Shown here piece by piece: positions 19,267 through 28,677 of a DNA stretch of 32,824 bases. The DNA is taken from positions 1 to 32,824 of the forward strand of contig MNYV01000044.1 of the NCBI GenBank assembly GCA_001873285.1, in the 5' to 3' direction. The translations under genes were made by a program, and so were the position numbers. The notes below the pieces were generated by a model that saw only the letters and a list, made by a program, of their open reading frames with translations, did no database searches and was not told where the DNA came from. This stretch comes from Nitrospirae bacterium CG2_30_53_67. Lineage in GTDB: Bacteria > CG2-30-53-67. Numbering within the stretch: position 1 is the first letter of the stretch; each line of letters opens with the position of its first letter.

Positions 19267-21456
19267 TCACGATCCGGTCAACCGTTTCACATCAATGACT
19301 TCCTTGATCTGGGAGATGGCATGCATGATCCTGTCCAGATCCTGCCTGTTCCGGATCTCCAACTCGAAGATGCAGAGGGAACGGCCGTCTTTTTGCGTGC
19401 GGATATCGGCTGCGCTGATATTGATGTTCTCGGAAGAAATCCTTGCGCTGATATTGGCGAGTATTCCGGGACGGTTGGTGGTCAGGACCGATATTCGAAC
19501 CGGATGAATTCTTTCCTCCTTGATCTCCCACTCCACCTCCACGATACGGTCGGAGTGAACGGCGCCGCCCCCGACGTTGGAACAATTCATTCTGTGGATG
19601 GATACCCCGCTGCCCCTGGTAATGAAGCCGATGATTTCATCGCCGGGGACCGGGTTGCAGCACTTGGAGAAATGAATCAGGATATCCCCGATGCCATGGA
19701 CCTTGATCCCGTCAATCAGCATTTTGCCGGCCTTACGGGGTTTGACGGGGATGGGTTCGAGACCCTCCTGGGGGAGGAAACGGTTCAAGACCTGTTTCGC
19801 GGAGATTTTGCCGAAACCCACGGCAGTGATCATCTTGTCCCAATGAGAAAATCCGAAATCAGAAGCCGCCGCCTGGATCTCACCGGACTTCAGGATCTTG
19901 GAGAGCGTGAGTCCGTGTTTCCGGGCCTCCCTTTCCAGGATTTCGCGCCCGAGATCGTGGCTCCGTTTCTGTTCTTCCTCTGTCAGAAAGTGGCTGATAC
20001 GGTTCCTTGCTTTGGTGGTTTTTACGATCTTCAGCCAGTCCTTACTGGGGGCTTGATTTTTCGACGTGAGGATCGAGACCGTATCGCCGGTTTTTAAGGC
20101 AGTCTTCAGGGGGACCATCCGGTTATTCACCTTGGCGCCGGTACAGCGGTTCCCGATATCGGAGTGGATGCTGTAGGCGAAGTCCAGGGGCGTGGACCCG
20201 CTGGGAAGTTCCTTGATGTCTCCGGTAGGCGTAAAGACATAGACCGATTCCTCGAAAAGGTCGGTCTTGACACTCTCCATGAATTCACGCGGGCTCTTCA
20301 GTTCCTGCTGCCATTCCAGAAGCTGTCTCAGCCAGGCAAACTTCTGCTCTGTTGAGAGAGAAGTCTTGATTCCCTCTTTATACTTCCAGTGCGCGGCGAT
20401 TCCGGTCTCGGCGATCCAATGCATCTCCTGGGTCCTGATCTGAAATTCCACTTTCTGTCCGTCAGGGCCCATGACTGTGGTATGAAGGGATTGGTACATA
20501 TTCGATTTGGGGACGCCGATATAGTCCTTGAACCGGCCCGGGATCGGTTTCCAGAGGGAATGGATCATCCCCAGAATGGCATAGCATCGGCTGCTGGTGT
20601 CGGTGATGATCCTAAGGGCGGTCAAGTCAAAAAGTTCATCAAAGGAGAGGCCGCGTTTTAAGATCTTCTGGTAAATGCTGTAGAAATGCTTGGGACGTCC
20701 CTCAACCACTCCGGGGATCCCCTGGGCCGCCATCTCCTTTTTGACCATGTCGATCACCTTCTCGATGTAGGCGCTCCGTTCTTTCCGGTTTTGCGGCACA
20801 CGTTCTTCAAGCTCTTTATATATGGAAGGGTGAAGAACCTCCAGACAGAGGTCCTCCATTTCACTTTTGACCCGAGCAATACCGAGACGGTTGGCAAGAG
20901 GGGCATAGATATCAAGGGACTCCTGGGCGATGTCGCACTGTACGGCCGCATCAAAACCATGGATGTTCCTCATCAACTGGAGGCGTTTGGCCAGGTTCAG
21001 CAGAACCACCCGGAGATCCTGGGCCATGGACAGGATCATTTTTCGAAAATTTTCAGCCTGCTCTTCGATGCGCTTTTTGAACCGGATCTGACTGGTACGG
21101 GCCACATTTCTCACCAGCCTGGCTGTTTCATCTCCGAACTGTTCCCGGATATGATCGTCGGTGCGGTATCCCTGCATGGTCAGGTTTTCAATCAGAGCCG
21201 CAATGATGGTATCTTCGTCCGCGTTAAGTTCCGCGAGGATCTTCGCGGTCTCCAAGGCGTCTTCAATGCCGGCAGGGTATGGATCCTCTTTCGCGGCGGG
21301 GGTATGATGCTCCAGATATAAAAATGCCTTACGGATCCTTGACGGGTCCATGTCGGTATGGTTCAGGGCCGACAGATCCAACAGGGACTTCAGGCGGTCC
21401 TCATGCCGGCAGGCGGGCAGCTCGGAATGAGTCTTGGATGGAGAGTCCGGTTTCAT
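19267..21456 (-). CDS. rel: Long RelA/SpoT homologue (degenerate HD, SYNTH, TGS, ZFD, ACT)
   Basis: YAPLANRLG, GRPKH, RFKDY, YQSLHT, EFQIRT, AAHWKYK, TPLDFAY, KCCNPVPGD, ACT NRPGILANI. Confidence 0.95.
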   Translation of the reverse strand: MKPDSPSKTHSELPACRHEDRLKSLLDLSALNHTDMDPSRIRKAFLYLEHHTPAAKEDPYPAGIEDALETAKILAELNADEDTIIAALIENLTMQGYRTDDHIREQFGDETARLVRNVARTSQIRFKKRIEEQAENFRKMILSMAQDLRVVLLNLAKRLQLMRNIHGFDAAVQCDIAQESLDIYAPLANRLGIARVKSEMEDLCLEVLHPSIYKELEERVPQNRKERSAYIEKVIDMVKKEMAAQGIPGVVEGRPKHFYSIYQKILKRGLSFDELFDLTALRIITDTSSRCYAILGMIHSLWKPIPGRFKDYIGVPKSNMYQSLHTTVMGPDGQKVEFQIRTQEMHWIAETGIAAHWKYKEGIKTSLSTEQKFAWLRQLLEWQQELKSPREFMESVKTDLFEESVYVFTPTGDIKELPSGSTPLDFAYSIHSDIGNRCTGAKVNNRMVPLKTALKTGDTVSILTSKNQAPSKDWLKIVKTTKARNRISHFLTEEEQKRSHDLGREILEREARKHGLTLSKILKSGEIQAAASDFGFSHWDKMITAVGFGKISAKQVLNRFLPQEGLEPIPVKPRKAGKMLIDGIKVHGIGDILIHFSKCCNPVPGDEIIGFITRGSGVSIHRMNCSNVGGGAVHSDRIVEVEWEIKEERIHPVRISVLTTNRPGILANISARISSENINISAADIRTQKDGRSLCIFELEIRNRQDLDRIMHAISQIKEVIDVKRLTGS

Positions 21457-21458
21457 TT

Positions 21459-23615
21459 TTATCCCACGCGAATCAGTTCAGTCTTCTCTGCGTAACGTCT
21501 CCGAATCTCCGAGATCATACGCTGGTTCCCGGGCTCATGAAGCAAAGGATCCCGCTGGATCCGTGAGAATGCTTCTTGACGGGCGGCCTCCAGAATCCGG
21601 ATGTCCCGTACGATATTTCCGATCCTCATATCCGGCATGCCCGACTGCCTCTTGCCGAAAAACTCCCCGGGACCCCGGATGGAAAGATCTTCCTCTGCGA
21701 TCTCAAAACCGTTCGAGGTTTTTGCCATGATCGAAAGCCTTCTTGACGCCTCTTCAGTCATCCGTCCTTGCGCCACAAGATAGCAGAAGGATGCATATCC
21801 GGCCCGTCCCACTCTCCCCCTGAGCTGGTGGAGCTGCGCCAGACCGAACCTCTCGGCGTGTTCGATCACCATGATGGTGGCATTCGGGACGTCGATGCCC
21901 ACCTCCACAACGGTTGTGGCGACCAGGATCTGGACTTCTTTCCGCTTGAAGGCCTCCATGATCTTCTCTTTTTCTTCGGGGCGCATCCTGCCGTGAAGCA
22001 GACCGACGATACGGTGAGGGAAGATCTCCCGTGCAAGATGTTCCGACATCTCCTTGGCGGCGGCAAGATCACTTTTCTCAGTCTCCTCAACCAACGGGTA
22101 GATAATGAAGGCCTGGCGTCCTTCCCGGATCTCCCGGTCTATATGCCTGTAGACTCTCTGCCTTTCTCTGCCCCGGACGATTTCCGTTTTTACGGGAGAA
22201 CGTCCTGATGGCATTTCGTCGATCACCGAGCAATCCAGATCCCCGTATACCGTCAAGGAGAGGGAACGGGGGATCGGGGTTGCCGTCATGACCAGCAGGT
22301 CCGGCGCCTCTCCCTTTTGCATGAGCGCGGAACGCTGGATCACGCCGAACCGGTGCTGTTCATCAATAATGACCAGCCCGAGTTTTCGAAAAACCACTTC
22401 TTTTTGAATCAGGGCCTGGGTTCCCACCACCACGTCAATCTTCCCCTGCCGGATCGCTTCACGGAGGGCTTCTTTTTCCCGGCCTTTGACCAGACGCGAA
22501 AGAAGCGCGGTCTTTTTCCCGAGCCTATCAAAAAAACCATGAAAGTGGAAATAGAGCTGTTCCGCCAGGATTTCGGTCGGGGCCATGACCGCCACCTGAT
22601 ACCCGTTCTCCATGGCTATTCCTGCCGTGACCGCCGCAACCACGGTTTTACCGCACCCGACGTCCCCCTGAAGAAGCCGGCTCATCTGTATGGGCCTCCC
22701 CATGTCGCGTTTGATTTCAAGGATGACGCGTTTTTGCGCAGCCGTCAAAGGAAAGGAGAGGCTGCGGATCAGGTCCTTCTCCGCATTCGTGTTGACCTGA
22801 AAGGAAATGCCCCGGACCCCCTGGATTCTCCCCTGCCTGTGGATGGCCAGGAGCATCTCAAAGAGGAGAAACTCCTCAAAGATCATCCTCTTGTGATAGC
22901 GGCTCCTGCCGGCATTCAAGCTTTCCACAGAGTCTTCCGGTCCGGGAAAATGGAGGTTGAGCACCGATTCCCGCTGTTTCGGAAGGTGGTATGCGGTGAC
23001 GATCTCCTCGGGGAGAGACTCCTCGATCTCATCGGCATGGGAGGCAAGGAGATCATAAAGAATGGTGCGGATACGGCGCTGTGTCAGGCCTGCCGTGGTG
23101 TGGTAAATCGGCACGATCCGGTTGGTGTGTATGGTCTCTTCTTCCCCCTCCTGAAGGATCTCGTATTCCGGGTTTTCCATTTCCACCGCATGGTTGAAGG
23201 TGTCCCGTTTCACCTTACCGCTTAAGATCACTTTCTGCCCGGTCTGAAAGACCTTTTTCAGGTAGGCCTGATTGAACCATTTGGCCGTCATCCATCCGGA
23301 GCGGTCCTCGATCAGGATCTGAAGAATACGAAACCGTTTTCTGGGAGTGGTGGTGAGGTCAACATTTTTGACCATCCCCTGTACCGTGACAAAACCCTCT
23401 TCAGGGAGTTCAGCGATGTGAAGGAGATTCCTGCGGTCTTCATACCGGTACGGAAAGAAAAAAAATAGATCTTCCACGCGATGGATGTCGAGTTTGGCCA
23501 TCAGGCCTGCTATGCGGACGCCAACCCCTTTAACGTAACGAACAGAATGGGACAGGATGGAGTCGGAGGAGGTGCGATCTTTTGTGATCAGAAAATGGTC
23601 CAAGACTCTGTTCAT
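21459..23615 (-). CDS. recG: ATP-dependent DNA helicase RecG
   Basis: QGDVGCGKT, DEQHRFG, TATPIPR, QLHQLRGRVGR, RGPGE. Confidence 0.97.
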   Translation of the reverse strand: MNRVLDHFLITKDRTSSDSILSHSVRYVKGVGVRIAGLMAKLDIHRVEDLFFFFPYRYEDRRNLLHIAELPEEGFVTVQGMVKNVDLTTTPRKRFRILQILIEDRSGWMTAKWFNQAYLKKVFQTGQKVILSGKVKRDTFNHAVEMENPEYEILQEGEEETIHTNRIVPIYHTTAGLTQRRIRTILYDLLASHADEIEESLPEEIVTAYHLPKQRESVLNLHFPGPEDSVESLNAGRSRYHKRMIFEEFLLFEMLLAIHRQGRIQGVRGISFQVNTNAEKDLIRSLSFPLTAAQKRVILEIKRDMGRPIQMSRLLQGDVGCGKTVVAAVTAGIAMENGYQVAVMAPTEILAEQLYFHFHGFFDRLGKKTALLSRLVKGREKEALREAIRQGKIDVVVGTQALIQKEVVFRKLGLVIIDEQHRFGVIQRSALMQKGEAPDLLVMTATPIPRSLSLTVYGDLDCSVIDEMPSGRSPVKTEIVRGRERQRVYRHIDREIREGRQAFIIYPLVEETEKSDLAAAKEMSEHLAREIFPHRIVGLLHGRMRPEEKEKIMEAFKRKEVQILVATTVVEVGIDVPNATIMVIEHAERFGLAQLHQLRGRVGRAGYASFCYLVAQGRMTEEASRRLSIMAKTSNGFEIAEEDLSIRGPGEFFGKRQSGMPDMRIGNIVRDIRILEAARQEAFSRIQRDPLLHEPGNQRMISEIRRRYAEKTELIRVG

Positions 23616-23685
23616 GAATCTCGCTCATCAGCGTATGGGTTTTCTCTGAATGAATCGGCATAAGAAAGAAACCTAAAGAAATTAT

Positions 23686-23901
23686 TTAAGAATCTTTGAA
23701 CAAGTTGTTGAGTTCTTTGATCAATTCATTAATTTCTACACCGTGAGCTATCGCGCCCTGCTCAATGGTCTCGCCTGCAGCCCCCATGCACCCTATACAG
23801 CCCATCTCATATTTGGCAAGGACTTCGGCAGCCTTGGGATGGGCCTGAATGGCCTGGATAAAGGACATATCTTTTGTAATTTTTTGCATAACATCTCCCA
23901 T
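23686..23901 (-). CDS. DUF1858 (hybrid cluster protein-associated redox disulfide) protein
   Basis: KITKDM, MGCIGC, ETIEQGAIAHG; start may be 23889. Confidence 0.85.
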   Translation of the reverse strand: MGDVMQKITKDMSFIQAIQAHPKAAEVLAKYEMGCIGCMGAAGETIEQGAIAHGVEINELIKELNNLFKDS

Positions 23902-24002
23902 CCATTCATTGATGAAGAAAAATTATCTTGCGATCCTTTCGGTTCTATGATAATTTTTCCAAATTATAATCGGTTTTATGAGTATATAAAAGGAGACATT
24001 CC

Positions 24003-24194
24003 ATGTCAAGGAAATGTGAGATTTGCGGGAAAGGGCGGCTGACCGGCAACAATGTCAGCCATGCCAACAACAAGACCAAAAAGGTTTCTTATCCCAATAT
24101 CCAGAGTGTCAGGGCTATTCATCAGGGAAGCGTCAGGAAGATGAACGTCTGTACACGGTGCATTCGTTCCGGCAAGGTCCGGAAGGCATCTTAA
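24003..24194 (+). CDS. rpmB: 50S ribosomal protein L28 (Zn-binding form)
   Basis: [34 protein letters not shown]. Confidence 0.97.
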   Translation: MSRKCEICGKGRLTGNNVSHANNKTKKVSYPNIQSVRAIHQGSVRKMNVCTRCIRSGKVRKAS

Positions 24195-24254
24195 GGAAGT
24201 TTATGATCCGGTCCAGGAGAAGCATGAACAGGCGTTTCCCTGCATCCGGGTTTC

Positions 24255-25502
24255 TCAGGGACACGGAATAAAGGAAAATCCGGAAGGGATGACCCCGACC
24301 TTCAAATTCTTTCCAAATTGATCTTGAGCCCAGTTCAGCGCATCCAAATAATGTCCGAAAAATATCAAACAGGGAAATCCGCCTTTTGGAATGTTAGGCG
24401 TGATGAAGCACAACCGTCCGGTCCTGGATGCCTCGATGACTTTGTATGTGCGGTGTTCGCCGGGTTTCCTGAATCCATAGGCATCCGGTAAACCGCTCTT
24501 CTTCAACAGGCTTTCGAAATTCTTTTCAGCCTGGCTTTCTCCTTGGGCATTGAGGCCGGCGAAAACACAGATGATCCCCCCTTTCTTGATCAGGCGTTTT
24601 TTTTCCAGGACATAATTAAAAAGACGCGAGGCCTGGTACAGACTCCGATCCTTGGGGGAATCGCAACCCACGAACAGCAGATCGAATGGATCCCGGACTC
24701 TATAGGAATAGATCTCTCTTGCAGCCTTTACAGATTCTGTAAAAGACCTTCTTGCTTCTCCCATCGAGTAAAAAGCGATCTCCTTTTGCTGGTTGTTGAC
24801 CAGATTTAAAGAGTAGACCGGGATATCCAGTTTTCTGCAGACCTCCCATAGAAAATGCTGAAAAGGGTTGGCACGGATATTCGAAACCCTGACCCCCTTC
24901 TGTGAAATGTATTCCGGCGAATGTGTATGGAGGATGGTTTCCTGACCCGCCAATCCGATAGCGAGGCATTTGACGCCGCCGCTGAACCCTGCATAAAGAT
25001 GGGGCTCCACCACGCCGACGGTGATGATGACATCATAAGAAAAAAGCCTCCTGTTCAGGGTGGCGGGGACTCCATGTATGATCGACAAGGCAATGACTTC
25101 TTTTGGAGAGTGCTGAACGATCTGATTCTCCCTAATCAAGGGTTCTCCCAAAAAGTCCATGAGGCCGGTTCCGGATAGCCTTTGATGAAGTCCCAGAGAA
25201 ATCATGAATTCAAATCCGCCGGTGATCTTTTTCAATTCTCCTGCAATGGGTTTCAGGATGGCCCTGGAATGGAAATCCCTGGTAGGGTCGGGAATCACGA
25301 TACCGACTTTCTTGTTGGAGAAGGCGCTGTGGTTCTTCCTGAAAAAAGTTCTGATGGAGGTTTGCAGAGAAGAAATGGGTATGCCGGGCTGAGCGTCCTG
25401 ATTATAAAGAAAATCAACTCGGGCCTCTTTTCTAAAACGTAAACGGATTTTGTTTTTTCCTGAGAAGACAAAGCATGAGCCGATATTTTTAATGTCAGCC
25501 AT
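24255..25502 (-). CDS. LarA-like (lactate racemase domain, DUF2088) protein
   Basis: IPDPTR, LGLH, EPHLYAGFSGGVK, ILHTH; ATG at 25502 lies below the hairpin. Confidence 0.8.
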   Translation of the reverse strand: MADIKNIGSCFVFSGKNKIRLRFRKEARVDFLYNQDAQPGIPISSLQTSIRTFFRKNHSAFSNKKVGIVIPDPTRDFHSRAILKPIAGELKKITGGFEFMISLGLHQRLSGTGLMDFLGEPLIRENQIVQHSPKEVIALSIIHGVPATLNRRLFSYDVIITVGVVEPHLYAGFSGGVKCLAIGLAGQETILHTHSPEYISQKGVRVSNIRANPFQHFLWEVCRKLDIPVYSLNLVNNQQKEIAFYSMGEARRSFTESVKAAREIYSYRVRDPFDLLFVGCDSPKDRSLYQASRLFNYVLEKKRLIKKGGIICVFAGLNAQGESQAEKNFESLLKKSGLPDAYGFRKPGEHRTYKVIEASRTGRLCFITPNIPKGGFPCLIFFGHYLDALNWAQDQFGKNLKVGVIPSGFSFIPCP

Positions 25503-25524
25503 TTGAATTGACGGCGGCGGAATG

Positions 25525-25570
25525 AATCCGCATGGGGAAGATGGATGGTCCCATTCTCCCCATGCGGATT
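25525..25570. terminator. Strong hairpin after the glutamate synthase-like gene
   Basis: AATCCGCATGGGGA/TCCCCATGCGGATT 14-bp stem. Confidence 0.65.
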
Positions 25571-25583
25571 CAGTTGAAGTCAA

Positions 25584-27176
25584 TCAGCCCTTGAGAATCT
25601 TCAGCGCCTCCTTGCGGTACGAATCCATCACGTATGGAATACCCGTGACCTTCTCGCACTCTTCGGTCAGTGACATGAGGTCGTTCCTCGTGATGGAAGA
25701 GACATTGAAGCAGCGTGCGCCGGCCATGATCTGCTGAAGGCCGATCCTGAGCTTGTCTGAGAAACTGACGATGCCGATGGCGCCGAGCGGGATCTTCTTG
25801 ATCTCAGCCTTGCCCACCATCTCCACGACCTTTTCGTAGCAGACGAAGATCTCTTCAACGGTGGATCCGTAGGCGCTCACGGTCTTGGGCAGGTCTTTCT
25901 CCTTGATCCACTTGTCGATGTTTTTGCCGACCATACCCGGGATCATCAATGCCCGGCCCATGCAGACCGCCTTGGTGTAGGGGCCGCCGAGAGCCAGCGC
26001 CTTGAAGATGCCGTCTTCGGAGCTGAAACCTCCGGCAAAGGCCAGATCCGGGACCTTCTCCCCCTGCTTGTCCAGGATCTTTGCGAAATCATACGCGGCG
26101 GAATGGAGATAGAGAGACGGTATGCCCCATTCCTCCATCATCCTCCAGGGGCTCATGCCCGTGCCTCCGGGTGCGCCGTCTATGGTCAAAAGGTCAATCT
26201 TGGCCTTGGAGCCCCACTTGATGGCCATGGCCAGTTCTCTCAGGCCGTAGGCCCCGGTCTTCAAGGTGATCCTCTTGAATCCCAGTTTCCTGAGCCTTGC
26301 CGCCTCGGCATAGAATCCGTCTTCATCAATAAATCCCATACGGCTGTGTCGTTCGAATTCCTTGAGGGCGCCGGCCTTGAAGGCCTGCTGGTTGACCGGA
26401 TCCGAGGGGTCAGGCGTGACGATATAGCCTCTCTTCTGGAGTTCGAGGGCCCGTTCCAGGGAGTTGACCTTGATCTCACCTCCGATGCACTTGGCGCCCT
26501 GTCCCCATTTCAGTTCAATGGTTTCGATCCCGTGCTTGTTGATGATGTATTCGGCCACCCCCAGGCGTGTGTCCTCGACATTCATCTGAATGAGGATCTC
26601 ACCCATGCCTTTGTGGTAGCGCCGGTATGCCTCGATCCTGCGGTCCATGTCCGGCGCTTCTTTCACTTTTTTGTTCTTGTCCAGGACGAGTTTGGGGTCG
26701 ATTCCGCAGACGTTCTCCCCGCAGACGATGGTCACGCCGGAGAGTGCGGCGCCCACGGCAAAGTGCTCCCAGTTCTTTCTCGCGATCTCCGTGGATCCTA
26801 GAGCGCCGGTGAACACGGGAAGGCTCATCTTGACTTTCTGGGTCCAGCCGTATTCGGTTTCGGTGTTGACATCCGGGAAACGCGCCGTATCCGAATTCCC
26901 CTTCACGCCTTTGGGAAGACCTTTGGCCCCCAGGGCATAGCCGTGGATATTAAGATGAGAGTAATCAATCGGGTAGTTCTTGTCCCCGCCGGCCGTGATT
27001 TCTCCGAAGGGGCCGGGATAGATCACTTCGCGCCCGCGGAACGTGGCCCTGAAAATTTCGCAGTTGCCCCGGCATCCGTCCATGCAGCGGGTGCAGATTC
27101 CGCTTACGGGCGCAACACTCTTTGAACGGTTGAACGTTAATGTCGCTTCGTTGGAATTGGGTTGTTGTAAGTTCAT
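25584..27176 (-). CDS. FMN-binding glutamate synthase family protein (stand-alone)
   Basis: ELKWGQGAK, TIDGAPGGTGMSP, AGGF, MGRA; N-terminal CxxCxxxCxxxC; SD GGAGGAGG. Confidence 0.9.
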   Translation of the reverse strand: MNLQQPNSNEATLTFNRSKSVAPVSGICTRCMDGCRGNCEIFRATFRGREVIYPGPFGEITAGGDKNYPIDYSHLNIHGYALGAKGLPKGVKGNSDTARFPDVNTETEYGWTQKVKMSLPVFTGALGSTEIARKNWEHFAVGAALSGVTIVCGENVCGIDPKLVLDKNKKVKEAPDMDRRIEAYRRYHKGMGEILIQMNVEDTRLGVAEYIINKHGIETIELKWGQGAKCIGGEIKVNSLERALELQKRGYIVTPDPSDPVNQQAFKAGALKEFERHSRMGFIDEDGFYAEAARLRKLGFKRITLKTGAYGLRELAMAIKWGSKAKIDLLTIDGAPGGTGMSPWRMMEEWGIPSLYLHSAAYDFAKILDKQGEKVPDLAFAGGFSSEDGIFKALALGGPYTKAVCMGRALMIPGMVGKNIDKWIKEKDLPKTVSAYGSTVEEIFVCYEKVVEMVGKAEIKKIPLGAIGIVSFSDKLRIGLQQIMAGARCFNVSSITRNDLMSLTEECEKVTGIPYVMDSYRKEALKILKG

Positions 27177-27350
27177 TTTGTTCCTCCTCCTATGTTGGAA
27201 ATTGAAACGGCTTGCCGCAAGAGACTCTTGATATAAAACCTATCACCTCCTTATCGAATAGATTGAGTAAGAAGTCCGTTGATTCAGGTTGTATCCTGAC
27301 CGGAAAATGCATCGTCAATTTTACCCGCATTATGCGGCAATGGATTACCA

Positions 27351-27379
27351 ATACTATTAGGAAGCTGCAGGAGAGTCAA
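27351..27379 (-). promoter_or_regulatory. sigma70 promoter for the glutamate synthase-like gene
   Basis: TTGACT-17 nt-TAGTAT on the minus strand, implying a ~170-nt leader. Confidence 0.55.
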
Positions 27380-27466
27380 TAAAAAAAGTCTGAAAAATAG
27401 CCTGCAAAAACCCTTATGACGTGGCAGGTCTTGGTTCGTATCGTCTTTTCGCCCCCTGGCCATTAA

Positions 27467-27622
27467 CGGCAATTTTGCCGGATAGGATGTTGCTTTCGCC
27501 GGCAGGCTGTCGGCTGGATATGATGCCGATTCGCCTTAATGGAAGTTTCTTGCAACGATTCAAACAGGAAAGGGGTAGAATGCCCGGATCTTTGTCTCTC
27601 AAGGTTTGCGGCAAAATTTCCG
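27467..27622. promoter_or_regulatory. Candidate NrpR operators
   Basis: CGGCAATTTTGCCG (27467-27480) and CGGCAAAATTTCCG (27609-27622). Confidence 0.45.
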
Positions 27623-27665
27623 TTTTTTATTTGAAAATAATCGCCGGATCCTGTATTTTTTCTTT

Positions 27666-28673
27666 ATGAGTGAAAAAACGGAAAAAAAAGAATTGGCTAT
27701 TCTGCGGCTCCTGCAGAAAGCACAAGGACCGCTCACCAGTTTAAATTTGATTGAGAATCTCCAAGCCATGGGACACGAGGTCAGCGAGCGGACGGTCCGA
27801 TATTATTTTAAGGAGATGGACCGTAAAGGCCTGACCAAAAACCTCGGCAAAAAAGGCCGGATCATTACAGAGTCGGGCCTCAAGGAATTGGGCGATGCAA
27901 GGGTCTTTGACAAGGTCGGCTTTCTGACCGCCAAGATTGATCAGTTGACCTACCGGATGAGTTTCGATCTTCATAAGAAGAGCGGGACGGTCATTGTTAA
28001 TGTCAGTCTCTTCCATCCCGGTCGGCTTCTCCAACTTTGCCCGCTGATCCAGCGGGTCTTTGATGCGGGGTATGCCATGGGCGCCATGATGGCCCTTTTC
28101 AGGCACGGTGAACGGGTGGGGGACATCATCATTCCAAAAAACATGGTGGGGCTCGGCACCGTTTGTTCCATCACACTGAACGGCGTTCTTCTGGCCCACG
28201 GGATTCCCACCCACTCCAGTTTCGGCGGCTTACTGGAGCTTCGAGATCACAAACCCACACGATTTGTGGAGATCATCAGATATGACGGGACCAGCCTGGA
28301 CCCCCTTGAAGTATTCATCAGAAGCGGGATGACCGATTACTCCGGGGCGACCGAAACCGGGAACGGCCGTATCGGGGTGGGTTTCAGGGAAGTGCCGTCG
28401 GACAGCCGGGATCGTATTCTGTCGCTGATGCACGAACTCGAGGAAGCGGGACTGGGAGGCTTCTTGATGATCGGCTGGCCCGGACAACCTCTGTTGGAAA
28501 TTCCGGTGATGGAGGGAAGATTGGGGGCCATTGTCATCGGCGGCCTGAACCCCGTCGCCATTCTTGAAGAAAAGAACATCAAGGTAAGATCAAGGGCCAT
28601 GGCCGGCATGGTGGAATATGAGAGATTATTTCATTACGGTGAGATGGAGGAACGGATCCGGAAAATCATTTGA
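27666..28673 (+). CDS. nrpR: NrpR-family nitrogen regulator (wHTH plus NRD/DUF128)
   Basis: SERTVRYY...GRIITESG wHTH; TVCSITLNGVLL, YDGTSLDPLEVF, GGLNPVA. Confidence 0.9.
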   Translation: MSEKTEKKELAILRLLQKAQGPLTSLNLIENLQAMGHEVSERTVRYYFKEMDRKGLTKNLGKKGRIITESGLKELGDARVFDKVGFLTAKIDQLTYRMSFDLHKKSGTVIVNVSLFHPGRLLQLCPLIQRVFDAGYAMGAMMALFRHGERVGDIIIPKNMVGLGTVCSITLNGVLLAHGIPTHSSFGGLLELRDHKPTRFVEIIRYDGTSLDPLEVFIRSGMTDYSGATETGNGRIGVGFREVPSDSRDRILSLMHELEEAGLGGFLMIGWPGQPLLEIPVMEGRLGAIVIGGLNPVAILEEKNIKVRSRAMAGMVEYERLFHYGEMEERIRKII

Positions 28674-28677
28674 CGGA

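Noticed and set aside
18883..20097. 404-aa plus-strand ORF
   Set aside because: Antisense shadow of rel and the GGDEF gene; no motifs.
22317..23225. 302-aa plus-strand ORF
   Set aside because: Antisense shadow of recG.
25503..25583. N-terminal extension of the LarA-like ORF
   Set aside because: It reads through the intergenic hairpin; ATG 25502 is more plausible.
27276..27320. glnA (glutamine) riboswitch-like CGTTG-stem-CGGAA
   Set aside because: On the strand opposite the glutamate synthase-like gene, and lacks the rest of the motif.
27337..27350. sigma54 promoter TGGTAATCCATTGC (minus strand)
   Set aside because: GG-to-GC spacing is 9 nt, not the required 10.
27606..27665. Longer nrpR start at 27606
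   Set aside because: The extension overlaps a candidate operator and T-rich DNA; the domain begins after ATG 27666.
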